From the NCBI GenBank assembly GCA_038046385.1, contig JBBSWH010000001.1, forward strand, positions 39,382 through 103,381: a stretch of DNA of 64,000 nucleotides. Reading direction: 5' to 3'. Under the pieces are notes generated by a model that did not search any database, was not told the origin of the DNA, and worked only from the letters and a program-made list of their open reading frames with translations. Source of the stretch: Nanobdellota archaeon (GTDB taxonomy: Archaea; Nanobdellota; Nanobdellia; Woesearchaeales; GW2011-AR4). The position numbers and the translations under genes are program-made. Of the stretch, positions 25,830-35,211 are shown one piece after another. Positions within the stretch are counted from its first letter, which is position 1. Each line of letters starts with the position of its first letter.

Positions 25830-26748
25830 CATGCAAAGATACAATTTTGTTTCGGGAATTGAAAGGATAACTCAAGAAGAACTAGCTAGGCTTAGGACTA
25901 GCCCTAAAGGCAGCCATATTGATTTAATCTTGAAAGAATGCCTCTTAGATGCGGAGTATGACCAAGGTAAACTAGATCTGGTGTTATCTTCACAAAATAA
26001 CTTATGGATGATAAATTCTTTCCCAGATATCCATCCTTTCTTTAAAGATTCATGTGAAGGAGATTTGCTAAGAAGTGAATTTTTATTCCTAAGATATTTA
26101 GGAGATGGAGTTTTTGACCAGTCTAAAAGGGCGCAGTATGTTAAGTATCTGGAAGAAAAAGTATTGGGCTCGCTTCCGCAAAAAGTTATTTTTAGATTAT
26201 GCGATTATAACAACCAGGATTTTAATTTTTTAAGAAGTGATTACAGCAGCAGAGGGGCAGCCCGGCTGCTGGAGCAGGGTGAATTATTGGAAACTGATTT
26301 GGAAGTAATTAAATTATTACAAAGAAGCGGCAGAGATGTTAAAGTTTTAGTGCCTTATGTTCTTTTTCCAGAAGAATTTGCCGATGTCAAAAAAAGAGTC
26401 AAGGAAAGTGTTGGAAATGTTAATGTAGGAACAATGCTTGAAGTTCCTGCAAACCTGCTTGAAATTGATAAGTATTCTGAAGCTGATTTTTATGTATTTG
26501 GCCCGGGAGATTTAACAAAAAGCCTATACGGCGGAATCGACAGAAATTCTCCGAACTTCAGCCTAGTCAACAATGGATTAGCAGTGCCCATGGTTAAAGA
26601 TTGTTTGGACACTCTTGAAAGATTGGGACAGCGAAAAACAGTCTACTTAGTTAAAAACCTGATTGGCCGGGATTTTGGAGAGCATAAGAATTTGTGTTTA
26701 GTAAACATGTATTCTCCATCGCAATTAGCAGCGGGTGCAAGAAAATGA
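25822..26748 (+). CDS. Stand-alone PEP-utilising-enzyme-type TIM-barrel domain protein
   Basis: VGTMLEVPANLLEIDKYSEADFYVFGPGDLTKSLYGGIDR resembles the PEP-utilizers_C G.MIE.P......DF.SIGTNDLTQ...DR motif. No phosphohistidine or ATP-grasp domain. Start may be ATG 25831. Confidence 0.5.
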   Translation: MINMQRYNFVSGIERITQEELARLRTSPKGSHIDLILKECLLDAEYDQGKLDLVLSSQNNLWMINSFPDIHPFFKDSCEGDLLRSEFLFLRYLGDGVFDQSKRAQYVKYLEEKVLGSLPQKVIFRLCDYNNQDFNFLRSDYSSRGAARLLEQGELLETDLEVIKLLQRSGRDVKVLVPYVLFPEEFADVKKRVKESVGNVNVGTMLEVPANLLEIDKYSEADFYVFGPGDLTKSLYGGIDRNSPNFSLVNNGLAVPMVKDCLDTLERLGQRKTVYLVKNLIGRDFGEHKNLCLVNMYSPSQLAAGARK

Positions 26749-28049
26749 GCGATACACTTAATCATCATGAATCAATAGAAGAAAGCACATTATCCGATAT
26801 TGCCGCAAATCTTGCCGGAAAAAAACCCATGAAGGAAACAGAAACAAAGTACGGCAATTCGTATTATTATGGGGCTTCTGATGATAAACCGGTTTCATTG
26901 GAGGCAATGCTTCAAACTGTTAAGGGCGCTGAAATTGATGATTTGTATGTCCACATTCCTTTTTGCATAGCTGCATGCAGCTACTGCACCTATCCAAAGA
27001 TGATAGGGCCAAGTGAAGGGCAAGTAGCCAGTTACATCAGAGAATTAAGAAAAGAAATTTCAAAATACAAACAATTATTTGGGTTCTCCGGCTTAAAAAC
27101 AATCCATGTAGGGGGAGGCACTCCTAATTTTCTTAATCTTGAACAGTTAAGCGAAGTTCTGGGAATGATTACTTCTGAGTTTCCAACACGCAATCTAAAG
27201 GAGTTAGCCATTGAGGTTTCACCAGTCGGATTGAATGAAGACAAACTAAGATTAATTTTGAGTTATGGGTTTAACAGGATTAGTATTGGGATACAGACAT
27301 TTGATGACGGAATTAATGAACAAAACGGAAGGAAAGGCCAAAGAGTAGAAGAAGCAATCAGGCTCGTTGGAGTTGCAAAAAAATACTTCCCGAATGTGTC
27401 CATTGATTTGTTGGCAGGGCAGCAAGGCCAGACTGCAGAATCTTCCCATAAAGATGCTGAAAAGGCCCTTAAATTAGGCGTTAATTCGGTTTATCTTTAT
27501 CAGGTAAGGCAGTCTTTTAAGGATGGAGGAATGGAAGAGATTCTGGCGTTAAACGATTTTCTCAATTATTTCAGCTCAAATGGATATGAAATCTTGTCAC
27601 ATAATCATATAATAAAAAAAAGAAATTCAGACGGCTATTGCGAGCAAAGAGGGGGGAGAGCCAGAATGGAGAATTTGCTGGGGATTGGCCCTGGCGCTGT
27701 TTCTGAAATAGAAGGGCATATTTTTAAGAACATTCGCCCTGCTAATTACCTAGCTGAAGGTGCCCAGATAGATGAAGGAAGCATAAAACTTAGAGCAGAT
27801 AGAAACATTAAAGCCATGTTACTGGTAAGATCATTAAGATATTTTACCAAACCGGATGTCAATGGTATGCTGGTTGAAGATTATGTGGCTAAATTCGGAA
27901 GCAGCCCTTATGACGACTTTAAATCAGAGATTGATTTTATGAAAGGGGAAGATCTGATTAAAACAACACCGAAGAAAATAGAGGTTACTTCAAAAGGAAT
28001 CCTGTTTACTCAATGGGTGGATAACTTTTTGACTAAGCACTATAAATAA
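26745..28049 (+). CDS. HemN/HemW-like radical SAM protein
   Basis: YVHIPFCIAACSYCTY (CxxxCxxC), GGGTPNFL; start set at MSDTLNHH (ATGA overlap with the upstream stop). Confidence 0.75.
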   Translation: MSDTLNHHESIEESTLSDIAANLAGKKPMKETETKYGNSYYYGASDDKPVSLEAMLQTVKGAEIDDLYVHIPFCIAACSYCTYPKMIGPSEGQVASYIRELRKEISKYKQLFGFSGLKTIHVGGGTPNFLNLEQLSEVLGMITSEFPTRNLKELAIEVSPVGLNEDKLRLILSYGFNRISIGIQTFDDGINEQNGRKGQRVEEAIRLVGVAKKYFPNVSIDLLAGQQGQTAESSHKDAEKALKLGVNSVYLYQVRQSFKDGGMEEILALNDFLNYFSSNGYEILSHNHIIKKRNSDGYCEQRGGRARMENLLGIGPGAVSEIEGHIFKNIRPANYLAEGAQIDEGSIKLRADRNIKAMLLVRSLRYFTKPDVNGMLVEDYVAKFGSSPYDDFKSEIDFMKGEDLIKTTPKKIEVTSKGILFTQWVDNFLTKHYK

Positions 28050-28071
28050 AATTATTTTTTTAGCTTATTGT

Positions 28072-29418
28072 TTACATCCCTGGAAACTTTCCGCCGAACT
28101 TCTTCATCATCTTACCCATATCGCCTTTATTTCCTTTAAACATCTTAACCATTTTCTTGGATTGGCGGTGCTGTTTTATCAACTCCCTTATTTCTGATGC
28201 CGGCACTGCAGAGCCTTTTGAAATCCTGTCTAATCTTGATGAGTCGATTAAATCAGGCTCTTCCAATTCTTCTTTTGTCATGGAACTCATTGCTATTTTC
28301 CATTTTTTTAATTTGCCTTCCTGCACCTGAAGCATTTCCTTTGGCATCTTTAACTGCGAAAATCCTGGAATCATTTCGACAATCGAGCTTAACGGGCCCA
28401 TCTTGGACATTGCTTCCATCTGCTCGTACATATCAATGAGGTTGAATTCTCCTTTCAGGAATTTCTTTCCGAGGTCTTCTGCGTCCTCTACTTTGATAAC
28501 CTCTTTTGCTTTTTCAAGAAGCGCTTCAAGGTCGCCCATTCCCAGCATTCTTCCGACAAACCCTTCAGGGTTAAACTGCTCAAGGTCTTCTGTTTTTTCA
28601 CCGACTCCGATGAATTTTATTGGAGCGCCTGAAACTGAACATGCTGTAAGAGCTCCGCCGCCTTTTGCAGTGCCGTCCATTTTTGAAACAATAACACCTG
28701 TGATATTGCAGCTTTTGTGGAACTGCTCGGCCTGCTTTTGAGCAGCCTGGCCGATATCAGCAGAAATAACCAACAGCCTTTCATTCGGCTTAATTTCTTT
28801 GTTGACATCTTCTATCTCTTCTATCAAATCTTCTGACAACGCATCACGGCCTGCAGTGTCAATTATCAGAACGTCAAATTCTTTGTATTCTTCTTTGTGC
28901 TTTTTCCAGATTGCTATCGGGTCTTTTGAGCTTTTGTCGTAGAATACCGGAACGCTTGCAGTCTTTCCGACTTGGGCAATCTGTTCCATTGCAGCAGGCC
29001 TGTGGACGTCTAATCCTACAAGAGCGACCTTGTGGCCTCTCTTTGTGTAAAACCTTGCCAGTTTTCCTGCTGTTGTCGTCTTTCCGGAACCGAACAAGCC
29101 TACCAGCATAATCTTGAACGGCTTTTCTGTCAATTCTATCTTATGCTGCTCTTTTCCGAGAAAATTAACCAATTCTCCATAGACAATGTTGACAATATGC
29201 TCTCTTTTTGTCAGGCCTGCAGGAGCTTCTTCTTCCAATGCCTTTTTCTTTATCTTTTCTGTTAAATCAAAGACTAGTTTTACGTTAACATCGGACTGCA
29301 ATAATGCCCTTTGGATGTCTTTTATCAGCTCGTTGATTAATTTTTCATCAACAAAAAGGGATTTTGCTATCTTCTGCAAAGTGTTCTTTAATGAATCGCT
29401 TAATTTATCCAGTACCAT
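28072..29418 (-). CDS. srp54: Signal recognition particle protein SRP54
   Basis: GLFGSGKTTTAGKLA, DTAGR, Met-rich C-terminal M domain. Confidence 0.9.
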   Translation of the reverse strand: MVLDKLSDSLKNTLQKIAKSLFVDEKLINELIKDIQRALLQSDVNVKLVFDLTEKIKKKALEEEAPAGLTKREHIVNIVYGELVNFLGKEQHKIELTEKPFKIMLVGLFGSGKTTTAGKLARFYTKRGHKVALVGLDVHRPAAMEQIAQVGKTASVPVFYDKSSKDPIAIWKKHKEEYKEFDVLIIDTAGRDALSEDLIEEIEDVNKEIKPNERLLVISADIGQAAQKQAEQFHKSCNITGVIVSKMDGTAKGGGALTACSVSGAPIKFIGVGEKTEDLEQFNPEGFVGRMLGMGDLEALLEKAKEVIKVEDAEDLGKKFLKGEFNLIDMYEQMEAMSKMGPLSSIVEMIPGFSQLKMPKEMLQVQEGKLKKWKIAMSSMTKEELEEPDLIDSSRLDRISKGSAVPASEIRELIKQHRQSKKMVKMFKGNKGDMGKMMKKFGGKFPGM

Positions 29419-29470
29419 TACTTCATGAGATAGAATTATTGTATAAAAAGGTTTGGTAAACCTTTATCAG

Positions 29471-29800
29471 TTATTTTCTTTTCATTGCTTTTCTTCTTTT
29501 CAGGAGTTTTTTCTGTTTTGCATTCATTTTGGCTCTTTTTTCATAAAGACGCTCATTAAATTCCTTATAACTAGGATCAATACTTTTTATTTTCTTAAAG
29601 TCCCTAAACCAATCTCTAAATCCGTCCCTATAATCAACCCAATCATCATAAAAATCATTGATGAAGAAATCATATTTTATTATACCTTTTCTCGGTATTG
29701 TGGAATCTGGCGTGACATATCCACTTTTTCTTCTATCTTTTCTGCTTACCATCGGACTGCCTCCGAACACCTTGGCTTTGATTACTTGATTGGCAAACAA
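29471..29800 (-). CDS. Hypothetical basic protein
   Basis: 109-aa ORF with a Lys/Arg-rich tail. Confidence 0.45.
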   Translation of the reverse strand: MFANQVIKAKVFGGSPMVSRKDRRKSGYVTPDSTIPRKGIIKYDFFINDFYDDWVDYRDGFRDWFRDFKKIKSIDPSYKEFNERLYEKRAKMNAKQKKLLKRRKAMKRK

Positions 29801-29898
29801 AGCCTATGCCATTTTATGGCATTTGTGTTCCTATGGCATTCCGATATTCATAACCGACTGAGTCATTTTTTTAACCTTAAACCAATAATTCTCATTTT

Positions 29899-30264
29899 TT
29901 ACATTGGAATTATTTTTATTCCTTCTTTATCCTTGGTTAACGTTCCATGCTTTCCGGCAGAAATGTTGTACTCGTTTGCAATATCGCTTGGGATTCTAAC
30001 TGCAATGCTGTTTCCCCATTTTGAGAAAGTTATATCTTTTGCATGCCTTAATTTTCTGTATTTTCCCGCTAAAACTTTCAGCTGCTTCATATCCATCAGT
30101 TCTTCTCCGCATTCTAAGCACCTATAGGCCTCAAAATCCAATCCATCCTGTTCCATAACATCTTTTTTCTTTTCCATTTTTCCTTTCTGGCATACCGGAC
30201 ACACTAAAAAATCACCTTGTGATTTTTTGTGCATTAAAAATCTTTTAGATTTTTCCTGTTTCAT
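29899..30264 (-). CDS. Antitoxin-like protein: zinc ribbon plus AbrB/MazE domain
   Basis: CPVCQKG...CLECGEE, then WGNSIAVRIPSDIANEYNISAGK. Confidence 0.6.
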   Translation of the reverse strand: MKQEKSKRFLMHKKSQGDFLVCPVCQKGKMEKKKDVMEQDGLDFEAYRCLECGEELMDMKQLKVLAGKYRKLRHAKDITFSKWGNSIAVRIPSDIANEYNISAGKHGTLTKDKEGIKIIPM

Positions 30265-30265
30265 T

Positions 30266-30508
30266 TCAGTTACCTCGTTCTATTGTTTTAATAATAATAC
30301 AATGGCCCAAATCCTCTCCAACACATATTATTGAGCCTTCTCTGCCTCTTTTGATGAATTTTATTCCGTGCTTTCCAAATCTTTTTGATTTGCCTGTCTG
30401 CAATGCATCATAAACTTGGTCTGGAAAAGCAATCTCTCTTTCTCTTGCCCTTTTAACTGCATGGACTTTGATGACAATCAGCTTGCCTTGAAAGTAAATG
30501 CTTTCCAT
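30266..30508 (-). CDS. DUF4258-like toxin candidate
   Basis: 80 aa; HAVKRAREREI pattern; 1-nt gap to the downstream antitoxin-like gene. Confidence 0.45.
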   Translation of the reverse strand: MESIYFQGKLIVIKVHAVKRAREREIAFPDQVYDALQTGKSKRFGKHGIKFIKRGREGSIICVGEDLGHCIIIKTIERGN

Positions 30509-30677
30509 TATGTAGATACTTAGATATACATGTATATAAAGATTGCGGTTTTTATTATGGTTAATTGGTATTGATAGTTTACCCTATCACCACCCTCTAA
30601 CAACAACAAAACCTTATATATGGACATCTATAGTAATGTCAATATTATAGAAATAATACTATACAAGGGGTTAATTA

Positions 30678-31484
30678 ATGAAGGTTGATATTCCTAAGAA
30701 ACAGCATCCAAACCTGGAGCGCTATTACAAGGAAGACTTGGACATTGCGTACAGGTTCGCAAATGAAATCTACATGGAGTTAGGGGCTTTCATAAGGGCT
30801 GTTGTAATTTTCGGCTCAACTGCGAGAAGAACCAAAGGGCCTTCTGGCGATATTGACATTCTGGTTGTTATTGACGATTTAATGATGAGCATGACGCCTG
30901 ACGTTGTCGAGGCATACAGGCTGATTGTGCAAAGATCTATTGTAAAGACATCAACAAAGCTGCACATAACAACAATGCGCTTTACAGCTTTCTGGGAATA
31001 CATGAGAAATGGCGATCCAGTTGCAATCAACCTTTTGAGAGACGGAGTTGCCTTGATTGATTCAGGCTTTTTTGACCCGATGCAGGTTCTTCTGAAAAGA
31101 GGCAAGATTAGGCCTACGCAGGAAAGCATCTGGACATACTATTCAAGAGCGCCAAATACACTTTACAATTCAAGATGGCATGTATCACAGGCTGTTCTGG
31201 ATTTGTATTGGGCTGTTATTGATTCAGCGCATGCTGCATTGATGAAAGTTGGAGAGATACCTCCGACGCCGGAGCACGTTGCGGATTTACTGGACCAGAA
31301 GCTTGTAAAGAGAAAAATGCTTGAGCACAAATATGTAATAATAATGAAGAATTTCTACAGATTAATGAAGATGATAACCCACAGGGAAATAACCGAAGTC
31401 AAGGGAGAAGAGTATGACCGGTATTTTAAAATTGCAGAGGATTTTGTCAAAAGAATGAGAAAGATTATCGAGCACGGGAAATAA
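30678..31484 (+). CDS. Nucleotidyltransferase (pol-beta superfamily) with helical HEPN-like C-terminal half
   Basis: VVIFGSTARRT...SGDIDILVVID. Confidence 0.65.
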   Translation: MKVDIPKKQHPNLERYYKEDLDIAYRFANEIYMELGAFIRAVVIFGSTARRTKGPSGDIDILVVIDDLMMSMTPDVVEAYRLIVQRSIVKTSTKLHITTMRFTAFWEYMRNGDPVAINLLRDGVALIDSGFFDPMQVLLKRGKIRPTQESIWTYYSRAPNTLYNSRWHVSQAVLDLYWAVIDSAHAALMKVGEIPPTPEHVADLLDQKLVKRKMLEHKYVIIMKNFYRLMKMITHREITEVKGEEYDRYFKIAEDFVKRMRKIIEHGK

Positions 31485-31498
31485 GCATTTTTTGATGA

Positions 31499-31687
31499 TT
31501 ATCTCCAAAATTTTATTTTTTTCTTTGCCTTCTTAAACTGTTTTACCATTTTCTTTTTCTCAAATCCAAGAAGCAAAAGCCCTGCAAAAATCAAAAGAAC
31601 TCCTTGGAGTATCGGAAGGAAAAGCCCTACTACTCCCAATATTATAAGGCACACTCCAAGTATTTTTTTTAAAGTTTTAAGCCACAT
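31499..31687 (-). CDS. Small 2-TM membrane protein
   Basis: 62-aa ORF adjoining the sppA stop. Confidence 0.45.
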   Translation of the reverse strand: MWLKTLKKILGVCLIILGVVGLFLPILQGVLLIFAGLLLLGFEKKKMVKQFKKAKKKIKFWR

Positions 31688-32622
31688 TATGTGTTCACTC
31701 TTATTGAAGAAACTGTTTTTCTGTCAAGAACAGCGCTTCCGATTCCTTTGCCGACAAAAAAAGACTGCTTGCTCATTGCGCTGCTGATTAAATCAAAGAA
31801 TCCCTTTTCATTTTCATACTCAACAAGCTCTGCAGTTATTCCTTCTTTATTTTCTATGTATGCAATAACTTCATCTTTTCCGCCAAGCTCGTCAACCAAG
31901 CCAAGCGTTTTTGCCTGCGCGCCTGTGAAAAACAACCCGTTTGCTATTTTGTCAACATCTTTTTTGCTCATGTGCCTGTTCTTTGCGACTTCAGATGCAA
32001 AATAATCCTTCATTTCGTCAAGGCTCTGCTGGAATAGCACTCTTTCTTCAGGAGTCATTTCCTTGAATGGGCTTCCCATATCTTTGTATTTTCCTGCAAT
32101 CAGCCTTTCGTATGTTATATTATACCTATCCAAAAATCCTGAAAATTCAAGATATGACGCAATCACTCCAATCGAACCGGTTATTGAAACCCTGTTGGCA
32201 ACAACATAATCAGATGACGATGCAATCCAGTATCCTCCAGATGCGCCCACTTCCCTTATCCATGCAACTGTTGTCTTGTTTGTCTTCTTTACAGCGTTAG
32301 CAATTTCTTCAGATGCAACTGCTGATCCGCCCGGGCTATTTATTTCCAATATTATCGCTTTTATGTTGTTGTTTTTTGCAGCTTTTTCAATCAGCTCAAC
32401 AGTGTCTGTTGATGAAACAACGTCTTCAAAGAAAATACTGTCAGAGTCAGCCATTATAACCCCTTTGATTGGGATGACTGCTACATTTCCTTCAAGAGAT
32501 TCAAAATCAGAATTTGAGAAAACAGATGCAAAAATTACAATGAAAAATCCAAGTATTGTAAGCCCGATAAGAATAAATATCGAGTATGCCCAGCTGAAAT
32601 TTTCTGTTGGCTTGTTCATCAT
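31687..32622 (-). CDS. sppA: Signal peptide peptidase SppA (36K type)
   Basis: INSPGGSAVASEEI, ASGGYWIASSSD, ITGSIGV, GKYKD. Confidence 0.85.
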   Translation of the reverse strand: MMNKPTENFSWAYSIFILIGLTILGFFIVIFASVFSNSDFESLEGNVAVIPIKGVIMADSDSIFFEDVVSSTDTVELIEKAAKNNNIKAIILEINSPGGSAVASEEIANAVKKTNKTTVAWIREVGASGGYWIASSSDYVVANRVSITGSIGVIASYLEFSGFLDRYNITYERLIAGKYKDMGSPFKEMTPEERVLFQQSLDEMKDYFASEVAKNRHMSKKDVDKIANGLFFTGAQAKTLGLVDELGGKDEVIAYIENKEGITAELVEYENEKGFFDLISSAMSKQSFFVGKGIGSAVLDRKTVSSIRVNT

Positions 32623-32813
32623 TCATCCCCCTTCTTAAAAGCCTGGAATATATCTTTGCGCCCCTGCTTTAGATTGTCAAGTATCTGGTCTTTTGCCATT
32701 TCCAAAAACCCAATGACTTCCTGCGGGCTAACATTCTGTGTTTTCATGGAAGTCTGTATGTTATTCCCGGCTATTTCTACTTTTAATAAAAAGTTTTTTT
32801 CAGGTTCTGCCAT
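32619..32813 (-). CDS. Hypothetical small protein
   Basis: 64-aa ORF overlapping the sppA start by 4 nt. Confidence 0.45.
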   Translation of the reverse strand: MAEPEKNFLLKVEIAGNNIQTSMKTQNVSPQEVIGFLEMAKDQILDNLKQGRKDIFQAFKKGDE

Positions 32814-33317
32814 TTATATCACCGTATAAGACTGTTTTTCCACAACCCTTGTCTTGCCAATAATTTCAGTAAGGCGCTGGTTTGATTTTGTAAAAAGCAT
32901 AACCAAAGGATCGGCTATGACCAACACATCAAAAGGAAAAATTGGAATAAACGCTGCGTTTCTTAAAGCCATCTGCCATCTCTTTTGAGGATTTAAATCG
33001 CTTACAACATACAGGTTCATTATTTTTTTCCCAATTGTCTGGCCCATCCTGTTTTCCAGCTTGTAGAAATAAAGGAAAGTAAGAAGCGACATTCCGAAAT
33101 AAATTGCTGCAATCTGGCCAGTTTGCTCTGTGCCGGCAAGCAATTTGTATGTATCAATAAAAGAGCCGTTTTGCGGAATCATTCCTCCTATGAATTTTCG
33201 GAATGGGATAAAAACAACAAGCACGATGATCAGCATGTCAATAAGGAATGCTACAATCCTTTTCCATATCAAGGCAGGGCTTATGAACTCGTCCTTTGGA
33301 AGGTTAATCTTCTTCAT
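32814..33317 (-). CDS. RDD-family membrane protein
   Basis: 167 aa; W.R..A.LID... N-terminus, 3 TM. Confidence 0.6.
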   Translation of the reverse strand: MKKINLPKDEFISPALIWKRIVAFLIDMLIIVLVVFIPFRKFIGGMIPQNGSFIDTYKLLAGTEQTGQIAAIYFGMSLLTFLYFYKLENRMGQTIGKKIMNLYVVSDLNPQKRWQMALRNAAFIPIFPFDVLVIADPLVMLFTKSNQRLTEIIGKTRVVEKQSYTVI

Positions 33318-33421
33318 ACTTATGGGTAATATTGGCTCTTTTTAAATGTATTTTTATCCATTAAACAAACAAAATCCCCTCATAGAAAGGTATATAAAGC
33401 AACCTCGGTTCAAAAGGTTAA

Positions 33422-33766
33422 ATGAGCAAGAAGAAAGAAGAGCAGGAAAAGCAGGAACATCTTCAGCATGAAATTTCTAGAATAATGACTCCAAGAGGCA
33501 ACCAGACTTATGCGGTTGTTGAGCAAAGGCTTGGCGGATCAAGAATGAGGGCAAGATGCCTTGACGGAAAAACAAGAATCTGCAGGATTCCCGGAAGGCT
33601 GACCAGAAAATTGTGGGTAAGGGAAAGGGACATTGTCATTATCGAGCCATGGGAATATTCAGGGGACGCGAAAGGAGACGTAATCTACAAGTACACTCCG
33701 ACGCAGCTTTCATTCATGAAGAAGAAAGGGTATCTGAAGCAGCTTGATGATTTTGAAGAATTCTGA
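33422..33766 (+). CDS. eif1a: Translation initiation factor aIF-1A
   Basis: RLGGSRMRARCLDGKTRICRIPGRLTRKLWVRERDIVIIEPW. Confidence 0.9.
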   Translation: MSKKKEEQEKQEHLQHEISRIMTPRGNQTYAVVEQRLGGSRMRARCLDGKTRICRIPGRLTRKLWVRERDIVIIEPWEYSGDAKGDVIYKYTPTQLSFMKKKGYLKQLDDFEEF

Positions 33767-33815
33767 TTGTTATTACTTTATCATAGAAATATTTATATAG
33801 CGACGTGCAAATTCT

Positions 33816-34409
33816 TTGAATATGGAAAAGCGCATTGAGAGTTTACTTCTGATGAATGTTCTTCTGACTTTTTCTATGATTGGGTTTATTTTTGTTGTTT
33901 TTGGCCTTACGCAGTTTGCATTTGCTTTTGAGCTTCTGGTACTGCTCGTTTTCATTTCATTATTTTCATTTGGAATGTACAATGCATACCATGGAAGAAG
34001 GGCAGGGTGGGTTCTGATTGCTGCAATGCTGCTTACAGTGATAGCGGACGTTATTTTCATTGCAGGAGCGTCTTCAACTCTTAGAATCAGCCATGTATCT
34101 ACTTTGTTTTTTTCAGTGCTTGCATTGGCTATTGCGCTGATTAATCTGAATGGGAACCATGTTAAAGAAGAAAAAATAGAGCATGTTTCTGGCCCGTACT
34201 ACAGCAAGTCAAGCGCTAAAGCAGAGAAAACAGAGCATGCAAAGAAAACATTCGAACCGGGAAAATACGTTGCTTCGAAGAAAGCGAACAAGTACCACAC
34301 AGCAAAATGCGACTGGGCTCTTCGAATAAGCAAAGAAAACAGAATATGGTTCGACACCAAAGAAGACGCTGAACTGAAAGGATATGTTAGAGATAAGTGC
34401 GTTGAGTAA
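33816..34409 (+). CDS. Membrane protein with C-terminal Ada-like Cys/His metal-binding motif
   Basis: 4 TM, then KYHTAKCDWALRISKENRIWFDTKEDAELKGYVRDKC. Confidence 0.55.
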   Translation: MNMEKRIESLLLMNVLLTFSMIGFIFVVFGLTQFAFAFELLVLLVFISLFSFGMYNAYHGRRAGWVLIAAMLLTVIADVIFIAGASSTLRISHVSTLFFSVLALAIALINLNGNHVKEEKIEHVSGPYYSKSSAKAEKTEHAKKTFEPGKYVASKKANKYHTAKCDWALRISKENRIWFDTKEDAELKGYVRDKCVE

Positions 34410-34447
34410 GAATTCTAAATTAAAATATTAAGAGAAAATTAAAAAAT

Positions 34448-34837
34448 TTATCCTGTAAATAGCCTTAAAACAGAAGCATATTTGCCCATTGTTGCTTCAA
34501 TTATCTCTTTTAATTGTTTTTTTGCTGCTTCGTCTTTTGGATCAGCGTGGATTGCTAATGTTGCTTTGCTGAATACACTCCCGGGTGGCGTATACCTTGC
34601 GCTGCCACTAACCTCACTATGTACATAACCCATTGAAAGTATGTTCCCTTTAGTTTTTGCAGGTATTCCCTTTCCAATAAGTGCCGATTCCAAATCCCCT
34701 AAAACCTTATGACCATCAAAATCTCTGCTAAGAAAACTTTTTGGCTGATATACCATACTTATTTCATATTGGTTAGGTACTCTTTCTTTAGATGATTTTT
34801 TTCCAAATGACATAGCTTTTTGGAAACTTTTCCTCAT
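34448..34837 (-). CDS. Hypothetical protein
   Basis: 129-aa ORF. Confidence 0.5.
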   Translation of the reverse strand: MRKSFQKAMSFGKKSSKERVPNQYEISMVYQPKSFLSRDFDGHKVLGDLESALIGKGIPAKTKGNILSMGYVHSEVSGSARYTPPGSVFSKATLAIHADPKDEAAKKQLKEIIEATMGKYASVLRLFTG

Positions 34838-34898
34838 ATTTAAACCTTTCGTTTAGTCACTACTTTAGAATAAGAAAACTATTTCTTCCAGAGCAGGA

Positions 34899-35120
34899 TT
34901 ACTTTAATTTGCGATAAATCCAAATTACCGATTCAGATAAAAAAATAGCAACAAATCCGCCCAATGCGCCTATTGCCAGTGAAAACAGCACTAGAGACAA
35001 AAAAGGAGGAGGCGGATCTACAATGGAGGAATATGACTGACCAATAGCCAATGAAATCAGAAACATTATGCCGCCGCTCCAAAAGAAAATTTTTTTTATA
35101 TAATTAGGATTTTTGTCCAT
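34899..35120 (-). CDS. Small 2-TM membrane protein
   Basis: 73-aa ORF. Confidence 0.45.
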   Translation of the reverse strand: MDKNPNYIKKIFFWSGGIMFLISLAIGQSYSSIVDPPPPFLSLVLFSLAIGALGGFVAIFLSESVIWIYRKLK

Positions 35121-35211
35121 AACTATACCCTGCTTTTTTAGATATATAAATCTTTGTGAGGAAACGTAATAAAAACTATAGCTTTTAGCTTGTGTTGATT
35201 AACCTACTGCA

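Noticed and set aside
28197-29428. Plus-strand ORFs within srp54, and 29453-30127 (+)
   Set aside because: Antisense to strongly supported genes (SRP54, the TA cassette); Ser/Leu/Phe-rich junk translations.
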